Source of the DNA: Centroscyllium fabricii
Taxonomy: Eukaryota
Assembly: GCA_051313645.2 (NCBI GenBank)
Contig: JBNRSN020000496.1
Coordinates: 124,001 to 188,000 of the forward strand
Direction of reading: 5' to 3'
Length of the DNA stretch: 64,000 bases
The translations under genes were made by a program, and so were the position numbers. The notes beneath the pieces are model-generated. The model was not told the origin of the DNA and did no database searches. It was given only the letters and a program-made list of their open reading frames with translations. Position 1 is the first letter of the stretch, and each line of letters starts with the position of its first letter. Below, in pieces: positions 25,179 to 37,389 of the stretch.

Positions 25179-26315
25179 ATGGCGGCGCGTGTATACGCTG
25201 CGGCTTTTGGTCCCGCCAGTTTTGGCAAACTAGTAGTTATCTGCATACTCATCCACGGACTGCTCGCCCAGTACAGCAGTACCAATCCATTTTACACCAG
25301 ACATGAGCTTCTGGTCATTGGAATACATGTCGGATCGCCGGATATTACCATCACTTTCGACGGTCCCAGTGACATCGTCAGACAACCGGGCTCACCGGGT
25401 CTGTTTACACTGCCTCCCCGGTCAAAGAGGCCCCGTAGGCGGCGGAGAGAACGCAGGCAAAAACGAGGCTGCAGAGGAGGCGCTAGAGGGAAGCTAACCC
25501 AGGCTCCTCACCGCACCCCTCTCCCCAGCCTTCTCCTTGCTAATGTGCGGTCTCTGGTGAACAAAATGGATGAATTACGCCTATGGATTACAAACAACAA
25601 AAGGATTATGGACACGAACATTCTGATCTTCACGGAAACATGGTTGCACGATGGTGTTCCAGACAGTGCGGTTGGGCTACAAGGCCTACACTGCAACCGC
25701 TCGGACAGAACAGCTGACTGTGGTAAGATGCGCGGAGGAGGTCTGTGCATTTATGTTAACAACTCCTGGTGTACAGACACCACCACCATCGATAGTCACT
25801 GTTCTGCCCACTTAGAATTTCTCATGGTTAAATGTAGACCCTTCTACCTGCCCAGAGAATTCACATCCATTATTACAACCGCAGCTTACATACCACCGGA
25901 CGCTAATGCTAAGCTAGCTATGAAAGAACTGCATGCAGCCATTAGCAAACAACAGACACGACACCCGGAGACAGCCTTCATCGTTGCTGGAGATTTCAAC
26001 CACTCCAACCTAAAGTCTGTTCTCCCCAAATTTTATCAACACGTTTCCTGCCCCACAAGAGGAGATAAGACCTTAGATCATGTTTACACTAACATCAAAG
26101 ACGCATACAAGGCCCTCCCCCTTCCCCACCTGGGTCAGTCAGACCACACCTCTCTGTTCCTCCTACCAAAGTATCACCCCCTCATCAAGCGAGTCAAGCC
26201 CTCAGTCAAGACAGTGAAAGTCTGGCCTGAGGGGGCAGACTCAGTACTACAGCATCAGCTCCAGTACACTAACTGGAGTAACTTCGCTGCAAAAGCCAGT
26301 GGACTCACACACTGA
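25179..26315 (+). pseudogene. Rex1/Babar ORF, endonuclease half
   Basis: ATG at 25179 (MAARVYAAA), Arg-rich RRRRRERRQKRG, APE motifs. Frameshift near 26298. Confidence 0.85.
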
Positions 26316-28173
26316 CATCGACTCCTACACCTCCTCTGTCTTGGATGTCATCAATACTAACATCAATGATGCCACCATCATCAAACGAATTGCAATCTTC
26401 CCAAACCAGAAGCCGTGGATGGACGGGCAGGTCCGACAACTGCTGAAGGCACGCAACATCGCCTTCAGGTCAGGGGACGCACAGGCCTACAGTCTAGCCC
26501 AGGCTGACCTGAAAAGGGGCATCAAAAGGGCTAAGCACAGCCACAAGCTTAAGGTGGAGGAGTACTTCAATGTCTCTGACCCTCGGCGCATGTGGCAGGG
26601 CTTGCAGGCCATCACTGACTTCAAATCCACCCACGCTTCCCCCCCGACCACCGACTCCTCCCTTCCAGATGAGCTAAACGACTTCTATGCTCGTTTTGAC
26701 AGGGACAACCACGTGATGGCCACCAAGGCCACTATCCCTGCAAACCACCTTCCCCTCACACTCTCCCCCACAGATGTGTATGCTGTACTGAGCAGGACCA
26801 ACTCACGGAAGGCTGCTGGCCCTGATGGCATCCCCGGACGTGTACTCAGCGCTTGTGCTGAACAACTGACCGGGGTCCTGACCGACATTTTCAATCTGTC
26901 TCTGGCCCAAGCAAAAGTTCCTACGTGTTTCAAATCGACCTCTATTGTGCCTGTTCCTAAACACGCCTCCCCAGTGAGCCTCAACGACTACCGACCCGTG
27001 GCACTCACCTCTACCATCATGAAGTGCTTCGAGAGGCTGGTCTTGGCTCATCTTAAATCATGCCTCCCATCCACACTTGACCCCTATCAGTTTGCCTACC
27101 GTCAGAACAGGAGTACGGATGATGCCATCTCAGCAGCACTACACCCTGCCCTCTACCATCTGGACCAGAGCAACACCTATGTGAGACTCCTGTTCATTGA
27201 CTTTAGCTCGGCATTCAATACTATCATCCCCTCCAAATTGATCACCAAGCTTGTTGGCCTTGGCATCGACCCCTCCCTCTGCAATTGGATACTGGACTTT
27301 CTGACCAATAGACCCCAGCACGTCAGACTGGACAAGTACAAATCCTCGCCCCTCATCTTGAACACTGGTCTCCCACAGGGCTGTGTGCTGAGTCCCCTTC
27401 TCTACTCCCTCTTCACGCATGACTGCAATCCTGTCCATGGCTCAAACACCATTGCCAAGTTTGCAGATGACACCACAGTGGTTGGGCTCGTCAGCAACAA
27501 CGACGAGACGGCATACAGGGAAGAGGTCCAGCACCTAGCAGAGTGGTGTACCAACAATAACTTGGTACTCAACACCAAAAAGACCAAGGAGATTATCGTG
27601 GACTTCAGAAGGAACAAAAAAGGCACGCACACCCCCATCCATATCAATGGGGAGGAGGTTGAGTGTGTCACCAGCTTTAAGTTCCTGGGAGTTCACATTT
27701 CTGAAGACCTCTCCTGGACCACCAATACCTCAACTCTGGTCAAGGCGGCCCACAAGCGCCTCTTTTTCTTGAGGAAACTGGCTAAACTTCGCCTATCCTC
27801 TCAGGTGTTGATGAACTTCTACCGCTGTACCATTGAGAGCATCCTTACCACCTGCATCTCAGTCTGGTACGGCAACTGTACCATCAGCGACCGAAAATCA
27901 TTGCAGAAGGTGGTGAAAATCGCCCAACGCATCACCAAGACCTCGCTCCCATCCATCACTTCAGTCTATGAGAGGCGGTGCTTACAAAGGGCACGTAACA
28001 TCATCGGAGACGCCTCTCATCCCAACCATGGACTGTTTATCGCCCAACGTGGCACTCGCACTGGGTTACGCTATCGCAGCCTCCCGGGCAGAACCAACAG
28101 GACTATTAACAGCTTCTTCCCCTCAGCTGTCAGACTGTTGACAAAGAACTCCACCCCGTCTCATAATGCCTAG
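26299..28173 (+). pseudogene. Rex1/Babar ORF, reverse transcriptase half
   Basis: 624 open codons with all RT motifs; continues the previous ORF in a shifted frame. Confidence 0.9.
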
Positions 28174-28424
28174 CCCTTGAAGATCATGAGATGCTATTAT
28201 GTTCATAACCTGTTTGTACATAAGACCATAGCGAATATAACTTTTATATAGTGTATTTTTAACGGCATTTTAACCTACTGCACTTACTGTATATACTCTT
28301 TTACTGTATATTATTATTATATATATGCATATAACTGCTGTTTGCACTCTGGTTGGACACACCTAATTTCGTTGCATTTTACTTGTACTGTGCAATGACA
28401 ATAAAGCGAATCCAATCCAATCCA

Positions 28425-29368
28425 TTGTTGGAGGGGCAGTACTGGGGGAGCGCCGCACTGTCGGAGGGGCAGTACTGAGGGAGCGCCGCACTGTCGGAGG
28501 GGCAGTACTGAGGGAGTGCCACACTGTCGGAGGGACAGTACTGAGGGAGCGCTGCACTGTCGGAGGGGCAGTACTGAGTGAGAGCCGCACTGTCGGAGGG
28601 GCAGTACTGAGGGAGTGCCGCACTGTCGGAGGGTCAGTACTGAGGGAGTGTCGCACTGTTGGAGGGGCAGTACTGAGGGAGCGCTGCACTGTCGGAGGGG
28701 CAGTACTGAAGGAATGTCACACTGTTGGAGGGGCAGCACTGAGGGAGCACTGCACTGTTGGAGGGGCAATACTGAGGGAGTGCTGCACTGTCGGAGGGGC
28801 AGTACTGAGGGAGCACCGCATTGTTGGGGGGCAGTACTGAGGGAGCGCCGCACTGTCGGAGGGGCAGTACTAAGGGAGGTCGGAGGGGCAGGACTGAGGG
28901 ACAGCTGCACTGTCGGAGGGGCAGTACTGAGGGAGTGCCGCACTGTCGGATGGGCAGTACGGAGGGAGCGTCGCACTGTCGGAGGGGCAATGTCGTTGCG
29001 CGGTGCGTTCGGATAGCAGTAAGCATTTCACTGTCTAGATTGTATTTAGTACATGTGACAATGAACTTGAATACTGAGGGAGTGCCGCACTGTCGGAGGG
29101 GCGGTACTGAGGGAGCGCTGCACTGTCAGAGGGGCGGTACTGTGGGAGCGCCGCACTGTCGGAGGGGCAGTACTGAGGGAGCGCCGTACTGTCGGAGGGG
29201 CAGTCCTGAGGGAGCGCTGCACTGTCAGAGGGGCGGTACTGTGGGAGCGCCGCACTGTCGGAGGGGCAGTACTGAGAGAGCGCCGTACTGTCGGAGGGGC
29301 AGTCCTGAGGGAGCGCTGCACTGTCAGAGGGGCGGTACTGAGGGAGTGCCGCACTGTCGGAGGGGCAG
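28425..29368. repeat. 30-bp minisatellite, right part, with an 80-bp insert at about 28991-29070
   Basis: Same unit as 22096-24797. Confidence 0.95.
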
Positions 29369-29690
29369 TCTTTCGGATGAAGCGTTAAACCGAGGCCCCA
29401 TGTGCCCTCTCTCAGGTGGACGTAAAAGATCCCATGCACTATTTCGAACAGCAGGGGAATTGTCGTGGGCCAATATTTACCCCTCGATCAACATCACTAA
29501 AACAGGTTATCTGGTTATTCTCACATTGCTGTTTGCCGTTTGTGGGAGCTTGCTGTGTGTAAATTGGCCGCGTTTCCTACATTACAACAGCGACTGCACA
29601 TCAAAAAGTACTTTATTGGCTGTAAAGTGCTTTGGGATGCCCTGAGGTCGTGAAAGGCGCGGGAGAAAGGCCAGTCTTTTTTCTTTCTTT
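29369..29690 (+). mobile_element. 3' body and tail of the Deu-domain SINE
   Basis: TCTTTCGGATGAAGCGTTAAACCGAGGCCCC...GGACGTAAAAGATCCCATG...GTAAAGTGCTTTGGGATG and a (TTTC)n tail. Confidence 0.78.
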
Positions 29691-30202
29691 CTAATCTCAA
29701 AAAGAATTAAAGGGGAAGTGAGAAAATACACAGACAACCCAAAACCAGAACGGAACATTTTGGTTTCCAAGATCACTCAACAACCTCTTGCATTTACAGA
29801 ACGCCTCCAACGCAGAAAAATGGTCCATACTGCTTCACAGCAGCACATGGGGAAAATGGCCACCATCCCAAAGGTGACATTAGGAGCAGTGAACAGAAGC
29901 TGGGTGAAAAAGGTGGGTTTTACGGAAGGTCGAAAGGAGGAGAGGGAGCTGGTGGGGCTCAGGCAGGGAATTAATATTCGTGGTGTAATTACCCCCTCCG
30001 GTCAGTGGTAGGAAGTCGAGATCAAGGGTGCAGAATGCCCCACCAGCACCGAGAGTGGGCCCCATCCCAAGCACCGAGCAGTCCCCTTCCCCCATCCCAC
30101 AAAACACCAACACTCCCATCCCGCACCTCCCATGGTCTCTCCATAATCTCCAGGGAATGTGAGATGGGCACCTGTCCCGCTGTCCCAGGATGGGAACGGG
30201 AT

Positions 30203-31672
30203 CATAGAAACATAGAAGATAGGAGCAGGAGTCGGCCATTCGGCCCCTCGAGCCTGCTCCGCCATTCAATGAGATCATGGCTGATCATCCAAACCCAGTA
30301 CCCTGTCCCTGCCTTCTCCCCATATCCCTTGATCCCTTTAGCCTTAAGAAATACATCCAGCTCCATCTTGAATATATTCAATGACTTGGCCTCCATTGTC
30401 TTCTGTGGTAGAGAATTCCACAGGTTCACCACTCTCTGGGTGAAGAAATTCTTCCTCATCTCTGTCCTAAATGGCTTACCCCTTATCCTTAGACTATGAC
30501 CCCTGGTTCTGGACTCTACGACCATCGGGAACATCCTTCCCGCATCTAGTTTGTCCAGACCTGGCAGAATTTTGTAAGTTTTGATGAGATCCCCTCTCAT
30601 TCTTCTAAACTCCAGCGAGTATAAGCCCAATCGACCCAATCTCTCCTCATATGTCATTCCTGCCATCCCAGGTATCAGCCTGGTGAATCTTCTCTGCACT
30701 CCCTCCATGGCAAGAACATCCTTCCTCAGATAAGGCGACCAAAACCGCACACAGTACTCAAGGTGTGGTCTCACCAAGGCCCTGTACAACTGCAGCAGGA
30801 CATCCTTGTTCCTGTACTCAAACCCTTTCGCTATGAAGGCCAACATACCATTTGCCTTCTTCGCCGCCTGCTGCACCTGCATGCTCACCTTCAGCGACTG
30901 GTGCACAAGTACACCCAGGTCTCGTTGCACTTCCCCTTCTCCCAATCTATTGCCATTCAGATAATAGTCTGCCTTTCTGTTTTTGACACCAAAGTGGATA
31001 ATCTCTCATTTATCCATGTTATATTGCATCTGCCACGCTTCTGCCCAATCACCCAACCTGTCCAAATCATCCTGGAGTTTCTTGGTATCATCCTCACAGC
31101 ACACACGCCACACCCAGCTTTGTGTCATCTGCAAACTTGGAGATATTACATCTAGTTCCCTTATCTGGATCATTAATATATATTGTGAATAGCTGGGGTC
31201 CAAGGACCGATCCCTGCGGTACCCCACTAGTCACTGCCTGCTACTCGGAAAAAGACCCGTTAATTCCTACTCTCTGCTTTCTGTCCGCCAACCAGTTCTC
31301 TATCCAAGTCAATACCTTGCCCCCAATCCCATGTGCCTTAACTTTACACGCTAATCTCTTATGCGGGACCTTAGCAAAAGCCTTTTGAAAGTCCAAGTAC
31401 ACCACATCTACTGGTTCTCCCTTACTATTTTCCCAGTTACATCCTCAAAAAACTCCAGTAGATTAGTCAAGCACGATTTACCTTTTGTAAATCTATGTTG
31501 ACTTTGTCCGATTCTGTCACTGTTTTCCAAGTGCTCAGCTATTACATCCTTTAGAATGGACTCCAGCATCTTCCCCACTACTGATGTCGGGATTACCGGT
31601 CTGTAATTCCCCGCTTTCTCTCTACCACCCTTTTTGAATAGTGGGGTAACATTAGCTTCCCTCCAATCCATT
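30203..31672 (-). mobile_element. CR1 LINE, RT and 3' UTR
   Basis: NYRPV, HRFTKGKSC, FADD and LVRPHLEYC motifs. Confidence 0.94.
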
Positions 31673-32167
31673 TAGGATCAATAAGGTTACCAGCAAAGCA
31701 ATGCCACGCTCCCGTGATTATCACTGACCACAGTCACGTGATTATTAGTGTCCAGTGACATTACGAAACACTAATGTTTTCAGTGTTCGACAAGCGGATC
31801 GTAACAGAGGGCCATTCAGCCCCTCGAGTCTGTTGCACCATTTAATTAGATCATGGCTGATCTGCACCTCAACTCGATTTACCCGTCATAGATTCGTATC
31901 CATTGAAACCCTTACCCCCACAAACGGCAATCGATTCAGCTTTGAAAATGTCAATTGACCCTCACTCAGCCTTTGGGGCGGGGCGGGGAAGGTGGAAGAG
32001 AGTTCCAGATTTCCACTACCCTTTGTGAGTCCTGATTTCTCTCCATCAACCTGGCTCTAATTTTAAGGTTGTTCTCGATTCCCCCACCAGAGGAAATAGT
32101 TTCTCTCTCTCTACCCGATTATCATTTAAAATACCTCAGTGAGATCACCCCTCGACCTTCCAAACTC

Positions 32168-32450
32168 AACAACAACTTGTATTTACATAGCGCCTTTAAC
32201 GTAGTAAAACATCCCGGAGCGCTGCGCAGGAGTATTTTAAGATATCAAATTTGACACCGATTCACATAAGAATAAATTAGGGCAGGTGACCAAAAGCTTG
32301 GTCGAAGAGGGAGGTTTTAAGGAGCGTTTTAAAGGAGGAGAGAGGGGTAGCGAGGCGGAGAGGTTTAGGGCCCAGACAACAGAAGGCACGGCCACCAAAG
32401 GTGGAGCGATTATAACCAAGAATCCTCAAGAGGGCACAATTAGAGGGATT
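32168..32450 (-). mobile_element. L2-type 3' end
   Basis: GGRAF...SSFKTLLKTSLFDQAF; a similar copy lies at 61340-61680. Confidence 0.7.
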
Positions 32451-32891
32451 TGAAAACAAGGAGGAGAATTCTGAAATCTAGACACTCAAGGAACTCCCCA
32501 AGGAAATACAAGTCAAGCTATGCAATCTGGCCTCCTAGTTTTACCCTTCAAGCCCCGGTATCATTCTGGTGAATCTGCGCTGCCCCCCGCCCCCCTCCAA
32601 GGCCGACAAATCCTTCCTGAGGGGCGGGGCCCAGAACGGAACGCAGTGTCCAGGTGGGGTCTCTGTACAACTGAAGCATCACTTCCTCACTTTATATTCC
32701 AATCCCTCTCCAGATGAAGGCCAACATTTCATTATCTTTTGTGATTGCTTTTCATATCTGTGCACTCGCTTTTAGTGATTTGGGCACCTGGACACCCAAT
32801 CCCTTCACTCCCCCACAGTTCCTGATCTCTCTCAATTTAGAAAATGCTCTGATTTGTCTTTCTCGGATGCAAAGTGGATGACCTCACACTT

Positions 32892-33610
32892 ATAGAATCA
32901 TGGTTACAGCCATTTGGCCCATTAAGCCCATGCCGTCTCAGCTAGTCCCCCTCCCCCACCCTTTCCCCTGCAATTTGTTTTCCTTCAGGTTCTTATTCAA
33001 TTCCCTTTTGAAAGCCGTGATTGAATCTGCCTCCTCCACCCTCTCAGGCAGTTCATTCCAGATCATAACCACTCGCTGCGTAAAAAAGTTTTTCCTCCTG
33101 TCGCCTTTGGTTCTTTGGCCAATCACCTTAAATCTGTGTCCTCTGGTTCTCGACCCTTCCGCCAATGGGAACAGTTTCTCTCTCTCTACTCTGTCCAGAC
33201 CCCTCATGATTTTGAACACCTCGATCAAATCTCCTCTCAACCTTCTCTGCACCAAGGAGAACAACCCCAGCTTCTCCAGTCTATCCACGTAACTGAAGCC
33301 CCTCATTCCTGGAACCACCCTCGTAAATCTTTTCTGTGGCAGAGCGTGACGTCCGAGTGTGGCGAGGGCAGTGCCTACTGGCTGCAGTGGTGTTCATACA
33401 TTAATTATAGGCGGGTCTCCCGTGTCATTGCTCATGGTCAGTCAGCGGATGTGCTGAAGGGCAGGAGCATTGGACCGTTTAAACACATCTGTAAAGCCTT
33501 CACGTCCTTCCTAAAGTGCGGTACCCAGAATTGGACACAATACTCCAGTTGAGGCTGAAACAGTGTTTTATAAAGGTTCATCATAACTTCCTTGCTTTTG
33601 TACTCTATAC
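32892..33610 (-). mobile_element. CR1 3' fragment (continues at about 34717), with a foreign insert at 33335-33487
   Basis: ORF 32938..33318 encodes the RT C-terminus. Confidence 0.88.
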
Positions 33611-34716
33611 ATAGACCTCCTCAGAAGACGAACACGGGACACAACCAACCGAGTACCCTTTGTCATCCAGTACTTCCCCAGAGCGGAGAAACTACGCCAT
33701 GTGCTTCACAGCCTTCAGCATGTCATCGATGATGACGAACACCTCGCTAAGTCCATCCCCACGCCCCCACTACTCGCCTTCAAAACAGCCGCCTAACCTC
33801 AAACAGACCATCGTTCGCAGCAAATTACCCAGCTTTCACGAGAACAGCAACCACGACACCACACAACCCTGCCACGGCAACCTCTGCAAGAAGTGCCAGA
33901 TCATCAACACAGATACCATCATCACACGTGAGGACACCACACACCAGGTACATGGTACATACTCATGTGACTCGGCCAATACTGTCTACCTCATACGTTG
34001 CAGGAAAGGATGCCCCGGAGCATGGTACATCAGCGAGACCATGCAGACACTACAACAACGGATAAACGGACACCGCACAACAATCGCCAGGCAGGAGTGT
34101 TCCCTCCCAGTCGGGGAACACTTCAGCAGTGAAGGACATTCAGTCTCCGATCTTCGGGTAAGCATTCTCCAAGGCGGCCTTCGAGACACATGACAATGCA
34201 AAATCATCGAGCAGAAACGGATAGCCAAGTTCCGCACTCATGAGGACGGCCTCAACCGGGATCTTGGCTTCATGTCACGCTACATGTAACCCCACCTGAC
34301 GTAGAGTCATCCAGACTCGAGTCGTCTTTCGCTTGTTCTCACAGATGCGGCTGTACCGGCTATGATTTCCAGCAAGAAAATTTTTCTTTTTAATTGTTCT
34401 GTGTTGGTTTTTCACAGCATGTGCAACATTTGACCCTTTGTGACTCCACCTCATTGTTCTTCTGATGGTGCCTGCCTAACTGACCTGTTTGAACACCATT
34501 CACACCTTTGATTGCTATGAATGTCTCTCTGCCGAGGTGTGATGAAGGGCAGTTGGAAAGATTTCCTGTAATCATCCAGCATTGTTCTCTGACTTTGTAT
34601 GCTGTGTCTTTATGCATCTCTCGACTTCACCTGAGGAAGGAGCAGCGCTCCGAAAGCTTGTGATTTCAAATAAAACTGTTGGACTATAACCTGGTGTTGT
34701 GTGACTTCTTACATTT
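33611..34716 (+). mobile_element. Penelope-like element, GIY-YIG endonuclease C-terminus plus terminal repeat
   Basis: KQPPNLKQTIVRS, CxxxxCxxC, YSCDSANTVYLIRC...WYISET..L..R..GHR, PVGEHF. Confidence 0.92.
34627..34663 (+). ncRNA. Minimal hammerhead ribozyme (Penelope)
   Basis: tcacCTGAGGAaggagcagcgctccGAAAgcttgtga. Confidence 0.8.
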
Positions 34717-35624
34717 CTGAAGCCCAGGATCCCGTATGTTTTATTAACCGTTTTCTCAACCTGTCCTGCCCCCTTCAACGATTTGTGCACCTGTGGAATT
34801 CTCTACCACAGAAAGTTGTTGAGGCCAGTTCGCTAAATATATTCAAAAGGGAGTTAGATGTAATACTTACAACTAGGGGGATCAGGGGATATGGCGAGAA
34901 AGCAGGAACGGGGTACTGATGTAGCATGTTCAGCCATGAACGTGTTGAATGGCGGTGCAGGCTCGAAGGGCTGAATGCTCTACTCCTGCACCTATTTTCT
35001 ATGTATATATCCCCAGGTCTCTCTGTTCATGCACCCACTTTAGAATTGTATGATTTAGTTTATATTGCCTCTCCTCATTCTTTCTACCCACACCTCAGGT
35101 GTCCGCATGCAAATTATTGTGCAGAACACAAGCCATTCCGACCGCTAGTAGGATCTGCCAAAGGCAATCAGCGTGACATTGAGTTCAAGAATGCACGGAA
35201 CTCATTCCCTGCAGCCGTAGAAAGACGCACACCGGCACTTTGGTTGCGCGTCTGCACTGGAGCAGCAGAATAATACATTGTGTTAAACGGTCCAATGCTC
35301 CTGTCCTTCAGCACATCCGCTGACTGACCATGAGCAATGTCACGGGAGACCCGCCTATAATTAACACATGAACACCGCTGCAGCCAGCAGGCACTGCCCT
35401 CGTCACACTCGGACGTCACGTTCTGCCACAGAAGCAGGGCGGTGACTTCATGCCGAGTGCTTCTGATCTGCAGCCGGAAAACTGGCGCGCCTTTTTCCAA
35501 TCTGCCCAGTTCTTTCCTCCGCCCCCACCCCCTCACGCAAACTCTGATCGCCTTGCGGCTCTGTTTGGTTACGAATCGGATTCAGTACTTGGACAAATGC
35601 ACAGAAACGGAGCACGTGCCTTAC

Positions 35625-35751
35625 CTCAGAGGGGCAAACACCAGCGGAGAGCGATGAAAGAACGTACTGGAAAGGTCTCCCTCCTCCTGATCTTGCGTGG
35701 AGCAGGAGGCCAAGAGTGGAAGAGCTGGGGACAACCTGCTTTCCTGCAGCT
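35625..35751 (-). CDS. ALMS1: ALMS1 exon (comparable to human exon 4), 127 nt, phase 1-2
   Basis: Acceptor ctctcccaacag|AG and donor GAG|gtaagg. LQESRLSPALPLLASCSTQDQEEGDLSSTFFHRSPLVFAPLR matches human IQDSFASPDLPLLTCLTQDQEFAPDSLFHQSELSFAPLR as recalled. Confidence 0.92.
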
Positions 35752-36429
35752 CTGTTGGGAGAGCAACAATCCCCTATCAGCACTCTCGACTGAGAGGATT
35801 ACGCACAGATATAGTCTTAGAATCATAGAAATTTACGGGACAGAGGGCCGCCATTCAGCCCATCGTGTCTGTGCCATAGCGTCTCAAATAAAAGCTAAAT
35901 CCATTAGATTGAGGGCGGCACTACATTGAGGGCCCAAGGGCCTGTACAGTGCTGTATGTTCTATGTTCGATTATACAGCAGCAAAAGCTGTGTGACCCCA
36001 GGTTAAAGCAGTCCTTCGACACTCGGCAGCTTCTCCTTGATGAAGCTTCAAGGGCCAGAGTGATCCCCTGGACTAGTTTTGATCGCCTAAGGGGGTGGGA
36101 GAGGAATTTCCCAGATTTTAATCACGCAAATTGGATTTTTCGCCTCTCCCGGGCAATCACGTGGCTTTGGATGGGGTGGTGTGGGGAGTGATACATGAGG
36201 CATCGCAGATGTGTGGGACAGGCTGGATGGACCAGAGGGTCTTTTCCTGTCTGTCATTGCGCGTAACTAAGCGCTTGGCCGTTTCCCAACAGGCCGTTAA
36301 TAATAGCGTTAATTGTCGCTCGTCATTTGAGTGGATGGGATGTGAACAGCAACATCAAAACAAAGCCCATTGGAAGTTTCACCGGGCAGGGGGACAGGGA
36401 GAGGAAGCCGAGTTGAGGTCGAAGATTAG

Positions 36430-36765
36430 GGGCGGCACGGTGGCACAGTGGTTAGCACTGTTGCCTCACAGCACTGGAGACCCGGGTTCAAATCCAGCCT
36501 CGGGTACTATCTGTGTGGAGTTTGCACATTCTCCCCGTGTCTGCGTGGGTTTCCTCCGGGTGCTCCGGTTTCCTCCCACAGTCCAAAGATGTGCGGGTTA
36601 GGTTGATTGGCCAGGATAAATTGACCCTTAGTGTTAGGGGGATTGAATATGTGGGGTTACGGGGATAGGATGGGAATATGTGGGGTTACGGGGATAGGGT
36701 GGGATGTGTGTCGGTGCAGGCTCGATAGGCCAAAATGGCCTCTATCTGCACTGTAGGGATTCTAG
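36430..36765 (+). mobile_element. V-SINE (HE1-like)
   Basis: tRNA head (TGGCACAGTGG, GGTTCAAATCC), V domain GTGTGGAGTTTGCACATTCTCCCCGTGTCTGCGTGGGTTTCCTCCGGGTGCTCCGGTTTCCTCCCACA, CR1-like tail. Confidence 0.92.
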
Positions 36766-37389
36766 GATAGCCATGATCTTATTGAATGGGGGGGGGGGGG
36801 CAGGCTCGAAGGGCCGTATGGCCTATCTCTGCTCCTAATGCTTAATGACATCCCCTTAATGTCTGTGACAATCACTGTCAACATTGAAACATACAAGATT
36901 CTGAGGGCGATTGACAGGGTAGATGCCGAGAGGTTGTTTCCCCTGGCTGGAGAGTCTAGAACCGGGGGTCACCGTCTCAGAATCAGGGGTCGGCCATTTA
37001 GGACTGACGTGAGGAGGAATTTCTTCACTGAGGGTCGTGAATCTTTGGAATTCTCTGCCCGAGAGGGCTGTGAATGCTGAGTCATTGAGTATATTCAAGG
37101 CTGAGATCGATAGATTTTTGGACTAAGGGAATCAAGGAATATGGAGATGGGGCGAAGATCAGCCATGATCTTATTGAATGACGGAGCAGACTTGAAGGCA
37201 CGCATGGCCGACTCCTGCTTCTAATTCTTATGTTCTTCTGTAATAAGTCCCACCTATTACAGTGAAAACCTAACGTATACTGCTGTTCCAACAACCAGAG
37301 GTACCAGCCAAACAAACTTCATCTGATCCGGGAAAGTAGGGATGCAGCAGAACAGATGGTCTCAATCTCAGTGACAAAGATGTCCATGA

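Larger units (their letters stand above)
24805..28424 (+). mobile_element. Near full-length Rex1/Babar-type LINE
   Basis: APE endonuclease (LANVRSL, FTETWL, GGGLCIY, AGDFN, SDH) plus RT (DFSSAFNT, PQGCVLSP, FADD). AATAAA and (AATCC)3 tail. Candidate TSD TTGTTGG at 24798-24804 and 28425-28431. Confidence 0.9.
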
